Assembly (NCBI GenBank): GCA_051532055.1 | Contig: JAOPTX010000012.1 | Coordinates: 1-64,000, forward strand | Direction of reading: 5' to 3' | DNA: 64,000 nucleotides | From: Fibrobacterales bacterium | GTDB lineage: Bacteria; Fibrobacterota; Fibrobacteria; Fibrobacterales; JAOPTW01 | Shown here: positions 20,088-29,101 of the stretch, piece after piece | Numbering within the stretch: the first letter of the stretch is position 1 | Layout of the letters: each line of letters begins with the position of its first letter | Position numbers and translations under genes: made by a program | The notes under the pieces: generated by a model | What the model saw: only the letters and a program-made list of their open reading frames with translations | Database searches by the model: none | Told to the model about the DNA's origin: nothing

Positions 20088-22535
20088 TTAGCCCTGCACT
20101 ATTTGTAGGTTTGCATATTTTAAAATTAATTTCTTGGTAGTACCGCTCTTAAAAGCCACTTCGACTTTAGAACTCTCAGTTTGTCCTTCACACGCTTTAA
20201 TAACGCCAAGACCAAACTTAGGATGGGTCACTTTACATCCTACATCCAAATATACACTTTCCTGAGAAAAGTCGTCAAAACTCTGAGAGCTTTTTTTCTT
20301 TCTTAAACTACTATTTACACTTGGTGAGCCCCCAGTACTATTTGAGGGTCGCGAAGCTCCGAACCCACCAGATGATGAAGGGCTTTTCTTCTGATAACCA
20401 CCAGATGTCCCTGCGCCACCAGAATAGCCTCCAGAACCATATGATTTACTTTTATAAGAGCTACCGCTATACCCCCCACCTGATGACCCCCCATAGGATC
20501 CACCACCTTTAGATTTCCAGGCAGGCTTGCCCACTGAGGCATATGATTGACGCGGCATTCCACCGGCAAAGTCTATTTCATCAAGTACATTTTCATCAAT
20601 TTCACCTAAAAACCTACTGGGCTGAAATACTTCATCTCGGCCATACATTTTTCTGCAGCGAGCCGAATAGAGATTCAAAGACTCTTGTGCCCGGGTCATA
20701 CCGACATAAAAAAGCCTCCGTTCTTCCTCTACCTCACTATCATCATCACCACGACTCATGGGGAGCAGCTTTTCATCACACCCTGCAATATAGACATAGG
20801 GAAACTCGAGGCCTTTTGCCGCATGAAGAGTCATAAGCTTAATAGATTGAGCTCCTTCCTCTGCGAGATCAACACTAGTGAGCAGTGATGCCTCTTGTAA
20901 ATACTGATCTAATGAAGCCCCTGGCTGATGTTCTTCAAATTCGACAACAGCATTGAGCAGTTCAGCGATATTGTTTAAACGTTCTTCTGATTCAGGACTA
21001 TTTTCTTCGACTAAGGCTGATTTGTAGCCCGTGTCGGTTATCACTTTCTCAACGAGTATCGGTAGCGGCTCAATCCCCATGAGAGATTTAAAATCTTCAA
21101 TCAGCTCAGCAAATGATTTTAATTTTGCTGCGGTGCCTTTTCGTTCGATAATAGTATCACAATCCATAATCGCCTGATACATACCTGTACCAGCTTGACG
21201 TCCTGCCTGTTTTACCTTATCAATGGTACCGGGCCCAATTCCTCGGCGGGGAACATTGATAATTCTTTCAAGTGAAATCTCATCAAGTGGATTTGCAAGA
21301 AATCTCAGATAGGCCAAGATGTCTTTAACCTCTTTACGATCGTAAAAACGTGTTCCTCCAATAATGGTACAGGGAATTTTACTCCGGTTCATTTGCTCTT
21401 CAAGAACCCGAGACTGGGAGTTAGTTCGATAAAACACTGCTACATCCGAGTATTTTTCTGAGCCAAGCGCTTTCACCGCCGATGCAATATATTGAGCTTC
21501 AGCTCGCTCATCCCCCACTTTAATGAGTTGAATTTTGTCACCATCCTCTTTTTCAGAGAAGACATTTTTTTTAAACTCTTCAGTTCGAATATTATTTCGA
21601 ATAAGGGTATTTGCCCCATGTACGATATTTCTCGATGAACGATAATTTTGCTCGAGTTTAACAATCTTTACATTTTTAAAATCGGTACTAAAGCGCCGAA
21701 TAATACTGATATCAGCACCACGCCACCCATAAATACTCTGGTCGTCATCCCCTACTACTGTTACGTTTGGCGACGTGCCAACCCCTGAAGTCAGCAATTT
21801 AATAAGGTCAAATTGAACAGGGTTGGTATCTTGGTATTCATCTACGAAAAAGTACTCAAATCGGCTGCGATACTGTTCACGAACTACATCGTTTCGCTTT
21901 AAAAGCTGAACCGTCACATTAAGAAGGTCATCAAAATCCAGTGCATTATTCTCTTTCAGTGCATTTTGATACTGTAAATACATTTTAGCAATTTCTTTCT
22001 CATCCGCATATTCTGCTGATGCAATTGCCTCTTCGGGCCCCATCGCTTTATTTTTCCAATTTGATATATAAGAGCGAATGCGCTTTACCTTAGATGCCTC
22101 AGCATCCATCTCTAATTTTTTAAAAATCTCTTTGAAAATGCGTTTTTGATCAGAATCATCATAGATACTAAAATTTCGCGTTAAACTTCCGACGCCTACT
22201 GAAAGATCAGGTTCCTTTGGTAGACTATATCTGAGAATTCGTACACAAATACTGTGGAAGGTCCCCATCCAATCGAATGGAAGGTCATCTTCAAGAAGTT
22301 TTGCTAAACGCTCTTTCATCTCACCCGCAGCTTTATTGGTAAAGGTTACCGCAAGAATTTTATAAGCCGGAATTTTGTAATGGGATACTAGATGTGCAAT
22401 TTTGTAGGTGACTACTCGCGTTTTACCCGACCCCGCCCCTGCAAGTATAAGCTGGGGGTTGTCTACATTGATTGCAGCTTTTCGTTGAACTTCATTCAGT
22501 TCTTTTTCGAGTACGGAGGCGTCAATAATTTTCAT
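20088..22535 (-). CDS. pcrA: UvrD/PcrA ATP-dependent DNA helicase
   Basis: AGAGSGKT, TFTNKAA, DEYQDTN, VGDDDQSIYGWRGA, LEQNYRS, TLHAAKGLEF, EERRLFYVGMTRA; C-terminal Tudor-like domain (VTHPKFGLG). Confidence 0.95.
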   Translation of the reverse strand: MKIIDASVLEKELNEVQRKAAINVDNPQLILAGAGSGKTRVVTYKIAHLVSHYKIPAYKILAVTFTNKAAGEMKERLAKLLEDDLPFDWMGTFHSICVRILRYSLPKEPDLSVGVGSLTRNFSIYDDSDQKRIFKEIFKKLEMDAEASKVKRIRSYISNWKNKAMGPEEAIASAEYADEKEIAKMYLQYQNALKENNALDFDDLLNVTVQLLKRNDVVREQYRSRFEYFFVDEYQDTNPVQFDLIKLLTSGVGTSPNVTVVGDDDQSIYGWRGADISIIRRFSTDFKNVKIVKLEQNYRSSRNIVHGANTLIRNNIRTEEFKKNVFSEKEDGDKIQLIKVGDERAEAQYIASAVKALGSEKYSDVAVFYRTNSQSRVLEEQMNRSKIPCTIIGGTRFYDRKEVKDILAYLRFLANPLDEISLERIINVPRRGIGPGTIDKVKQAGRQAGTGMYQAIMDCDTIIERKGTAAKLKSFAELIEDFKSLMGIEPLPILVEKVITDTGYKSALVEENSPESEERLNNIAELLNAVVEFEEHQPGASLDQYLQEASLLTSVDLAEEGAQSIKLMTLHAAKGLEFPYVYIAGCDEKLLPMSRGDDDSEVEEERRLFYVGMTRAQESLNLYSARCRKMYGRDEVFQPSRFLGEIDENVLDEIDFAGGMPRQSYASVGKPAWKSKGGGSYGGSSGGGYSGSSYKSKSYGSGGYSGGAGTSGGYQKKSPSSSGGFGASRPSNSTGGSPSVNSSLRKKKSSQSFDDFSQESVYLDVGCKVTHPKFGLGVIKACEGQTESSKVEVAFKSGTTKKLILKYANLQIVQG

Positions 22536-22594
22536 AAAACCTTGTCTGAGGGCGTGAATTGATGGCTAGGAGGATTTATTCTCTCATAAGAAAT

Positions 22595-22602
22595 CAAATG
22601 TA
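22595..22602 (-). promoter_or_regulatory. Putative promoter element TACATTTG upstream of the pcrA operon
   Basis: Matches TAnnTTTG, about 60 nt upstream of the ATG. Confidence 0.45.
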
Positions 22603-22741
22603 ATTATTGGGGGAGAATCTTGGGTGAAAGATTTCCTTGAAAGGACTTCACTGGTTGGAATTTTTGTTGTCCATGATTGTGTGTGGTAATATCAATTAAA
22701 TTACAAATGATACTACTTCTTATTTACCAAGGAGTTAGCTG

Positions 22742-23131
22742 TTATTTATTAGATGGGATTGAATCTTTATTCATCAAAACAGCATCTATTGCATCAAAAA
22801 CATCGACACCAGAACCTTGGACGAGAATACTCCCTTTCTCAAATAAAACAATAGATGATGAGCCACTTCGCCCGTACAACCCCCAGATCTCTGGATATTG
22901 CCGGGGAGTAACCTCAAATAAAGTGATGTTTTTCGCTTTGAATCGAGCAATCATCATCTGCATAGGTACAGAGAGCTCTTTATCATTAGCGCCGTTTATA
23001 TTAAAAGAGACAATTACTGGCCGAGAGTTTTTTATTGCCGCAGCAACAACTTCTTCTTTATGGCTTAATTCGTTTTGACATGCAACAATGAGGACCAATA
23101 CGAGACAGATATACACAGATATATTTTTCAT
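22742..23131 (-). CDS. Hypothetical lipoprotein
   Basis: MKNISVYICLVLVLIVAC signal peptide ending in a lipobox-like Cys. Confidence 0.7.
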   Translation of the reverse strand: MKNISVYICLVLVLIVACQNELSHKEEVVAAAIKNSRPVIVSFNINGANDKELSVPMQMMIARFKAKNITLFEVTPRQYPEIWGLYGRSGSSSIVLFEKGSILVQGSGVDVFDAIDAVLMNKDSIPSNK

Positions 23132-23232
23132 TTTATACTAAGGCGATAAATTACTGGAATTAAAAATAACACCACATTTCATTATTAGGAATACCCAATG
23201 TCACCCAATTGTTTTTTTAAGAGATTAACAAT

Positions 23233-23267
23233 AAAAAAAGCGACCTGCATAACAGGTCGCTTTTTTT
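23233..23267. terminator. Intrinsic terminator after groEL (symmetric A/T tails)
   Basis: A7-GCGACCTG-CATAA-CAGGTCGC-T7. Confidence 0.9.
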
Positions 23268-23288
23268 ATAGAGTGAGTAAGAAATATC

Positions 23289-24938
23289 TTACATCATACC
23301 TGGCATTCCGCCACCCATACCACCCATTCCGCCACCCATTGCAGACATATCTGGACCCTTCTCATCAGGAAGGTCAGAAATCACACAATCAGTAGTAAGA
23401 ATCATGGTTGCAGCTGATGCAGCATTTTGAATTGCAGATTTTGTCACTTTAGCTGGGTCAATTACGCCCGCTTTAATGAGATCTTCATATTTGTCAGTTT
23501 TTGCATTGTATCCAAAAGCGCCTTTGCCCTCTTTTACTTTATTTACAACTACTGATCCTTCAAGACCTGCATTTTCAACAATTTGACGAAGTGGTGCTTC
23601 AATTGCACGAATCACAATATTTGCACCTGTTTTTTGATCTTCATTTTCGAATTCAAGTTTATTGATCGCTGGAATTGTTCTCAGAAGAGCAACACCACCA
23701 CCTGCAACAATACCTTCTTCAACTGCAGCACGAGTTGCATGAAGTGCATCTTCAACACGATCTTTTTTCTCTTTCATTTCTACTTCAGTAGCTGCGCCAA
23801 CGTTGATTACTGCTACTCCAGCACCAAGTTTAGCCATACGCTCTTGAAGTTTTTCACGATCATAGTCAGAAGAAGTCTCTTGAAACTGATTTTTAATTTG
23901 AGCAACACGATCTTTAATTGCTTTATGTGAACCAGCACCCTCAACAACAGTTGTATTATCTTTATCGATAGTGATGTTTTTTGCTGATCCAAGCATGTCA
24001 AGAGTAACATCTTCGAGTTTTGAGCCCATCTCTTCAGAACAAATTCGAGCATTTGTAAGAATCGCAATATCTTCGAGCATCGCTTTACGACGATCACCAA
24101 AACCTGGAGCTTTGATAGCTGCAACTTTAAGTGTACCACGAAGTTTATTTACGATAAGTGTTGCAAGAGCTTCACCTTCAACATCTTCGGCAATAATCAA
24201 AAGCGATTTACCTGCTTTAGAAACCCCTTCAAGTACTGGAAGAAGGTCCTTCATGTTAGAAATTTTCTTGTCGTAGATTAGGATAAACGGGTTTTCCATG
24301 TTTACGAGCATTTTTGCTGAGTCAGTTGCGAAATACGGTGAGAGGTATCCACGGTCAAACTGCATTCCTTCTACAACTTCAAGTGTTGTTTCAGCTGTTT
24401 TCGACTCTTCAATAGTAATGACCCCATCAGTACCTACTTTATCCATTGCATTTGCAATGAGCGCACCGATTTCAACATCATTGTTTGCAGAGATAGAAGC
24501 AACTTGAGCGATATCACCTGTTCCATTTACTTTTTTAGACTTTTTGGTAATTTCTGTCACGATAGTTTCGACAGCTTTATCGATACCACGCTTAAGGTCC
24601 ATTGGGTTTGCACCAGCAGTTACGTTTTTAAAACCTTCTTTTGCAATCGCATGAGTAAGGACTGTTGCTGTTGTTGTTCCATCACCTGCAATATCAGATG
24701 TTTTAGATGCAACTTCACGCACCATTTGTGCACCCATATTTTCAGCATTATCTTCGAGTTCAATATCTTTAGCAACAGTAACACCATCTTTTGTAACCGA
24801 AGGAGCGCCAAATGATTTTGACATCATTACGGTACGGCCTTTAGGACCAAGAGTAACTTTTACTGCATTTGCAAGTTTTTCTGCGCCAGCGAGAAGTGCA
24901 CTACGTGCCGCTGCATCAAATTTTAAATCTTTTGCCAT
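23289..24938 (-). CDS. groL: Chaperonin GroEL
   Basis: [44 protein letters not shown] tail. Confidence 0.99.
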   Translation of the reverse strand: MAKDLKFDAAARSALLAGAEKLANAVKVTLGPKGRTVMMSKSFGAPSVTKDGVTVAKDIELEDNAENMGAQMVREVASKTSDIAGDGTTTATVLTHAIAKEGFKNVTAGANPMDLKRGIDKAVETIVTEITKKSKKVNGTGDIAQVASISANNDVEIGALIANAMDKVGTDGVITIEESKTAETTLEVVEGMQFDRGYLSPYFATDSAKMLVNMENPFILIYDKKISNMKDLLPVLEGVSKAGKSLLIIAEDVEGEALATLIVNKLRGTLKVAAIKAPGFGDRRKAMLEDIAILTNARICSEEMGSKLEDVTLDMLGSAKNITIDKDNTTVVEGAGSHKAIKDRVAQIKNQFQETSSDYDREKLQERMAKLGAGVAVINVGAATEVEMKEKKDRVEDALHATRAAVEEGIVAGGGVALLRTIPAINKLEFENEDQKTGANIVIRAIEAPLRQIVENAGLEGSVVVNKVKEGKGAFGYNAKTDKYEDLIKAGVIDPAKVTKSAIQNAASAATMILTTDCVISDLPDEKGPDMSAMGGGMGGMGGGMPGMM

Positions 24939-24961
24939 TGTTCTTTCCTTTCTTCCTTAAA

Positions 24962-25252
24962 TTATTTACCAATTTTCGCTAAAATGTCTGACTCACGCAT
25001 AATGAGGTATTTCTTGCTACCATCTTCAATTTCAGTACCAGCATACTTTCCGTATAGTACTACATCACCTTTTTTGAGTTCTGGAGCAATAAGTTCTCCA
25101 TTGTCAGCAGTCTTCCCTGGACCTACTGCAACAACCTTGCCTTGAGCAGGTTTCTCTTTTGCATTATCTGGAATGTAAAGTCCGCCTGCTGTTTTTTCTT
25201 CAGCTTCTACTTGTTCTAGAACTACTCTATCTGCGAGTGGTTGAATTGCCAT
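24962..25252 (-). CDS. groS: Co-chaperonin GroES
   Basis: [38 protein letters not shown]. Confidence 0.99.
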   Translation of the reverse strand: MAIQPLADRVVLEQVEAEEKTAGGLYIPDNAKEKPAQGKVVAVGPGKTADNGELIAPELKKGDVVLYGKYAGTEIEDGSKKYLIMRESDILAKIGK

Positions 25253-25298
25253 GGAATTTCTCCTATTTCAGGTGTTAAATACGTTTTGACTTCAAAAG

Positions 25299-25314
25299 AG
25301 CAACATACGTGCCA
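25299..25314 (-). promoter_or_regulatory. Sigma54 (-24/-12) promoter upstream of groES
   Basis: Minus strand TGGCACGTATGTTGCT matches TGGCACG-N4-TTGCW exactly, 46 nt before the groES ATG. Confidence 0.75.
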
Positions 25315-25462
25315 TATCTTCTTTATTCGGTTTAAAGGATAGTTTAAATAGAATAGCTTCACAGTGTGTTTCAAAATAAAGCACCTACAAATAAACAAAA
25401 AAACGGCAATTCCAATATGAAACACCTGTGGTTTTTTGAAAGTATTATTTATACTTAAAACT

Positions 25463-25825
25463 ATGGCAGGAGCAAAATATACTATAGACTTACAGTGGGA
25501 TGACGATGAAAAAAAATACATCGCTACCTCCCCTCAGCACCCAGAGTGCGTTGCAGTTGGAATTACTAAACCTGAAGCACGTCGAAAACTCGATATTGCT
25601 ATTGAAAATTGGCTCAAAGCCATCCGAAGTCAGGCAAGCAAAACCAAGGGACTCAAAATTGGATACACCCGTGCATCCTTTATTGTACAGGAAAATCTAC
25701 TCGATCAATTAAAACTTTATGCGTCCATTGAAGATATTTCAATGAAAGAAGCTCTTGAAAATAGCATGAAGTATTTTCTAAAGTCTAAAAAAGTTCAGAA
25801 AGTCATTAACTCGCAAGACGATTAA
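25463..25825 (+). CDS. HicB-like protein with a C-terminal ribbon-helix-helix domain (no HicA partner seen)
   Basis: YIATSPQHPECVAVGITKPEARRKLDIAIENWL (HicB N-domain); YTRASFIVQENLLDQLKLYA...SMKEAL (RHH). Start placed at ATG 25463. Confidence 0.75.
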   Translation: MAGAKYTIDLQWDDDEKKYIATSPQHPECVAVGITKPEARRKLDIAIENWLKAIRSQASKTKGLKIGYTRASFIVQENLLDQLKLYASIEDISMKEALENSMKYFLKSKKVQKVINSQDD

Positions 25826-25992
25826 CCTATAAAACGACAATCTCTTTCCAGCTAAAACAACCCAATATCCCACTAGCATAACGTATTAAATACTTATACA
25901 TTATTTAACTGTAACCCCCTTTAAATACAAGCAGATAAGAGATTAATCAATCTAAATATATTTATTTTAAGTATCCCTAATGGGATTATACT

Positions 25993-26024
25993 TTGCACCA
26001 AGTTTTCTGTTACGGTATCTTTAA
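25993..26024 (+). promoter_or_regulatory. Putative promoter of the 915-aa gene
   Basis: TTGCAC-N17-TATCTT; the block TACGGTATCTTTAA is nearly identical to TACAGTATCTTTAA upstream of the next gene. Confidence 0.5.
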
Positions 26025-26050
26025 GAGGAACTTAACCTCTGGATACTGTT

Positions 26051-28798
26051 ATGAATGCCTCCCCTACCATTTTTAAAGAACAGACTATTCGACTCACTAT
26101 AAACACCGTTAAAAAAAGCATACTTCTCTTCAGCTTTATAACAAGCCTTATCGGCACCGGACTTGTAGTAGTAGTTTTCCTAACTGCAACATCCACCCTG
26201 AGAGCTGCAAGCGTCCCCCCTCAAGTAGTCGGCGGGTACACTCAACTCATTCTAGAATATGAAAACATTCAAACTGCACTCAATCAAAGCAGCCTCACCC
26301 TTCAGGATAGCGCGAAATACGTAGTACTCGACAACCTCGATTCAGAACTCACACTCTATCTCCCCGACTCCACCCATCAATACGAAGCACTACACAACCC
26401 CAACTTTAACATACTTGATATACTCAATCAAACCACAGTACTCTCAGCTGGAGACACCCTCTTTCTCTACAACGACCTTAAATCTGTATTCCTCGCAACA
26501 AGTACAAACCCTATTGACAGCGGGACTCTCGCCATTGAGTTCCTTCAAAACAATAACGAAAAAATTCTAATCGACTTTAAAGAATTTCAATTTTACTCTC
26601 CTTGGTTTCTTAATACCGACTCAACGGGAACCGTCATAACACAAGAACCCATAATTGCAAACACCGGAACCTATACACAAGTCAATATTCTCGCCCACTC
26701 ACTCAACAGCTCAGGCACAGACACTATCCCTTGCACCGCAATAATCTGCAAATCCAACACTCTTAACTTTATCACACCCGACAATTCAACAATGACTTTC
26801 CACGGCGCCCCTTATGGCGCAGAGCTTGACAGCCTACCAATTATAAATGGCTTCGCCTCCTTCTACATATATAACATTGACAGCTCAGCAAACACAACCT
26901 TCTCCCTAACTGGCGCACCCGACCTCAACAACAATGCTCGCCTCAGCTACACACACACTGCCGGCGTAACCTTTAACCTCTCGCCCGCACCTCTCCTAGA
27001 CAAAGCAGAGATGCACGACACCGATGGTGACGCCATAGGCGACAGTCTTGTGATCACATACAAAGATGACATCATTAACAACACCCCTGACGCCATTCAT
27101 TATAATTGGCCAACAGACTCAACAAGTTACACATTAAACAGTAGCGACAGTCCTACGATAAAAACAGGGACCTCAAATACCCTAGTGATCCGCAAACCAT
27201 TTAGCGCCAACGCAACATCCACTCAAACCGGACGCGTACAATCAGACTACATACTTGACAATGGAGATCTCTTTAAAGACCAGACAACTATCCTTGATAA
27301 AATTGGCCCAAAACTAACCCAAGCCACACTACAATCAGGCCAAGAAGGCGCACCCGACACCCTTTACACAAACTTCTCTGAACCCCTGAGCGAACAATCA
27401 TACAACGGAGAACTTTTCTTAACCAACAACAATACTCCGGTGCACACCCAAGGCACCCAACTAGACAATGGGCGCTGGGCCTTTATTGTGAACAAAGGCC
27501 TCCTCTCACCTAACAATTTATTAACACTTAACAGCATGTCACTCATCGCCGACACACTCCTCAATAAGCCACACAGCAACAATAACGGAGTCACCATAGC
27601 TTCTTCACCGAGCTTGCCTACACTCGCAAACACCAATGGAGGCTACCATGACACTGACAACAATGGTACCCTCGACCGAATCTCCCTGCTCTTCACAGAA
27701 CCAATCACTGCAGAGATGCTCATTCACAGTGACATCATTTGCAACTGGCCAAACTCAGTCAATTCTCTTATTACGCTCCACAGTGGAGGCTCCCTCAGCA
27801 TAAACCCGTCAAACTCTTTCGAAGTGTTTTTTGACATCCCTGAAGAAACTGACATTAAATATGGCATCACCACAATGGAATCTCACTTTGGAAAACCCCT
27901 CCTCATAAACAACTACATCAGCCCTGCAACAAACAGCGCCATCAACGACACAACAATCCTAACACTCAACGACCATATAGCCCCTCTTTTATTAAGCACT
28001 CATTTAACCCCTTCATCAACCCCCAATGAGCCCGACACTATTTCATTTACCTTCAGTGAGCCAATTACCCCCGATGTAGACCCTCACACCTTTACTCTCA
28101 ATGGTTACACAAATAACGAGTATAGCCCCTCATTAGTTTTCCCAACAACCGCATCAAATACCGCATTCGGCACCATCTCTCAAGGAACTCTAATCAACTC
28201 AAGAAATAGAGCCGGCGACACCCTCACTATAGACGATTTAACATTTAACATCCAAGACACAACAAACAACAGGGTGCTACCCACCAACCTACAAATAACG
28301 GGGAGCCATAGAATTAGCACCCATTATAATACATTCGCAACCTACGAACCACTCAACTACGAACTCATCGAACAAGCAGCCATCACCGAAGAATTCCTCA
28401 CTGAAGAAGAAGGGGCTCTCTTTTTAAAAAGCGAGGATAAAATTGGTTATTTACTCGACTTAACCATGGGAATCCCTGAAGAGAACATTGCAAACCTCGA
28501 CCTTGAAGATATCTCATTCAGCTATCAGCTCTTTTTCCACAACACCCAAGGCCAACAAGTCATAGACCAAAAAGGCACAATCCCCTGCAGCAGCGAAGGC
28601 TTTAACGGGAACTGCTTTGAAAACCCAAAGAAAATATTGATCAACTGGAACTTCAAATCTAACGATGGGCGATTCATCGCAAGTGGCGTCTACTACAGCC
28701 AACTTATCATCACCATCAGGACCCCAAAAGCAACAACGAACATACATTACAGCAAAAAATGCGGCATCCTTAGAGGCGAGTCTCGCAACCCCTTCTAA
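26051..28798 (+). CDS. Secreted or membrane-anchored modular beta-rich protein with two DxDxxG...D-x-x-x-P...FSE modules and a C-terminal FlgD/CTD-like domain
   Basis: N-terminal hydrophobic segment; HDTDGDAIGD...DKIGP...FSEPL; HDTDNNGTLD...DHIAP...FSEPI; ending GNCFENPKKILINWNFKSNDGRFIASGVY. Confidence 0.85.
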   Translation: MNASPTIFKEQTIRLTINTVKKSILLFSFITSLIGTGLVVVVFLTATSTLRAASVPPQVVGGYTQLILEYENIQTALNQSSLTLQDSAKYVVLDNLDSELTLYLPDSTHQYEALHNPNFNILDILNQTTVLSAGDTLFLYNDLKSVFLATSTNPIDSGTLAIEFLQNNNEKILIDFKEFQFYSPWFLNTDSTGTVITQEPIIANTGTYTQVNILAHSLNSSGTDTIPCTAIICKSNTLNFITPDNSTMTFHGAPYGAELDSLPIINGFASFYIYNIDSSANTTFSLTGAPDLNNNARLSYTHTAGVTFNLSPAPLLDKAEMHDTDGDAIGDSLVITYKDDIINNTPDAIHYNWPTDSTSYTLNSSDSPTIKTGTSNTLVIRKPFSANATSTQTGRVQSDYILDNGDLFKDQTTILDKIGPKLTQATLQSGQEGAPDTLYTNFSEPLSEQSYNGELFLTNNNTPVHTQGTQLDNGRWAFIVNKGLLSPNNLLTLNSMSLIADTLLNKPHSNNNGVTIASSPSLPTLANTNGGYHDTDNNGTLDRISLLFTEPITAEMLIHSDIICNWPNSVNSLITLHSGGSLSINPSNSFEVFFDIPEETDIKYGITTMESHFGKPLLINNYISPATNSAINDTTILTLNDHIAPLLLSTHLTPSSTPNEPDTISFTFSEPITPDVDPHTFTLNGYTNNEYSPSLVFPTTASNTAFGTISQGTLINSRNRAGDTLTIDDLTFNIQDTTNNRVLPTNLQITGSHRISTHYNTFATYEPLNYELIEQAAITEEFLTEEEGALFLKSEDKIGYLLDLTMGIPEENIANLDLEDISFSYQLFFHNTQGQQVIDQKGTIPCSSEGFNGNCFENPKKILINWNFKSNDGRFIASGVYYSQLIITIRTPKATTNIHYSKKCGILRGESRNPF

Positions 28799-28818
28799 CC
28801 CTTCAAACACCCAACACC

Positions 28819-28849
28819 AAAAGCCGGACATAATCTGTCCGGCTTTTTT
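28819..28849 (+). terminator. Intrinsic terminator
   Basis: AAAAGCCGGACA-TAATC-TGTCCGGCTTTTTT. Confidence 0.9.
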
Positions 28850-29101
28850 CATTCCATCAATATTTCCCCCAGACCATAAGTAATTACATCAACTAAAAAA
28901 CAACAAGGTAATGTATATATAAATAATACTTTTTTAATACTAAATTCATACTCTAACAACACATAAGGAGCCTAATTAACTACACTTATAGGCTTTAAAT
29001 AATAACTATTAGTAACATATAAAAATTATATCACCAATATTTGTATCATTTAACTCCGCTATACAGTATCTTTAAAGAAGGCAATTACGCCGGAGTATAT
29101 T

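Noticed and set aside
22677..23078. 133-aa + strand ORF
   Set aside because: Overlaps the minus-strand ORF that has an ATG, signal peptide and lipobox and matches neighbouring orientation
25222..25521. 99-aa minus-strand ORF as a possible HicA toxin
   Set aside because: No HicA GSH-type motif; overlaps groES, its promoter and the HicB-like gene
25253..25560. CIRCE element for groESL
   Set aside because: No TTAGCACTC-N9-GAGTGCTAA; the partial CAGCACCCAGAGTGC lies inside the HicB-like coding sequence with wrong spacing
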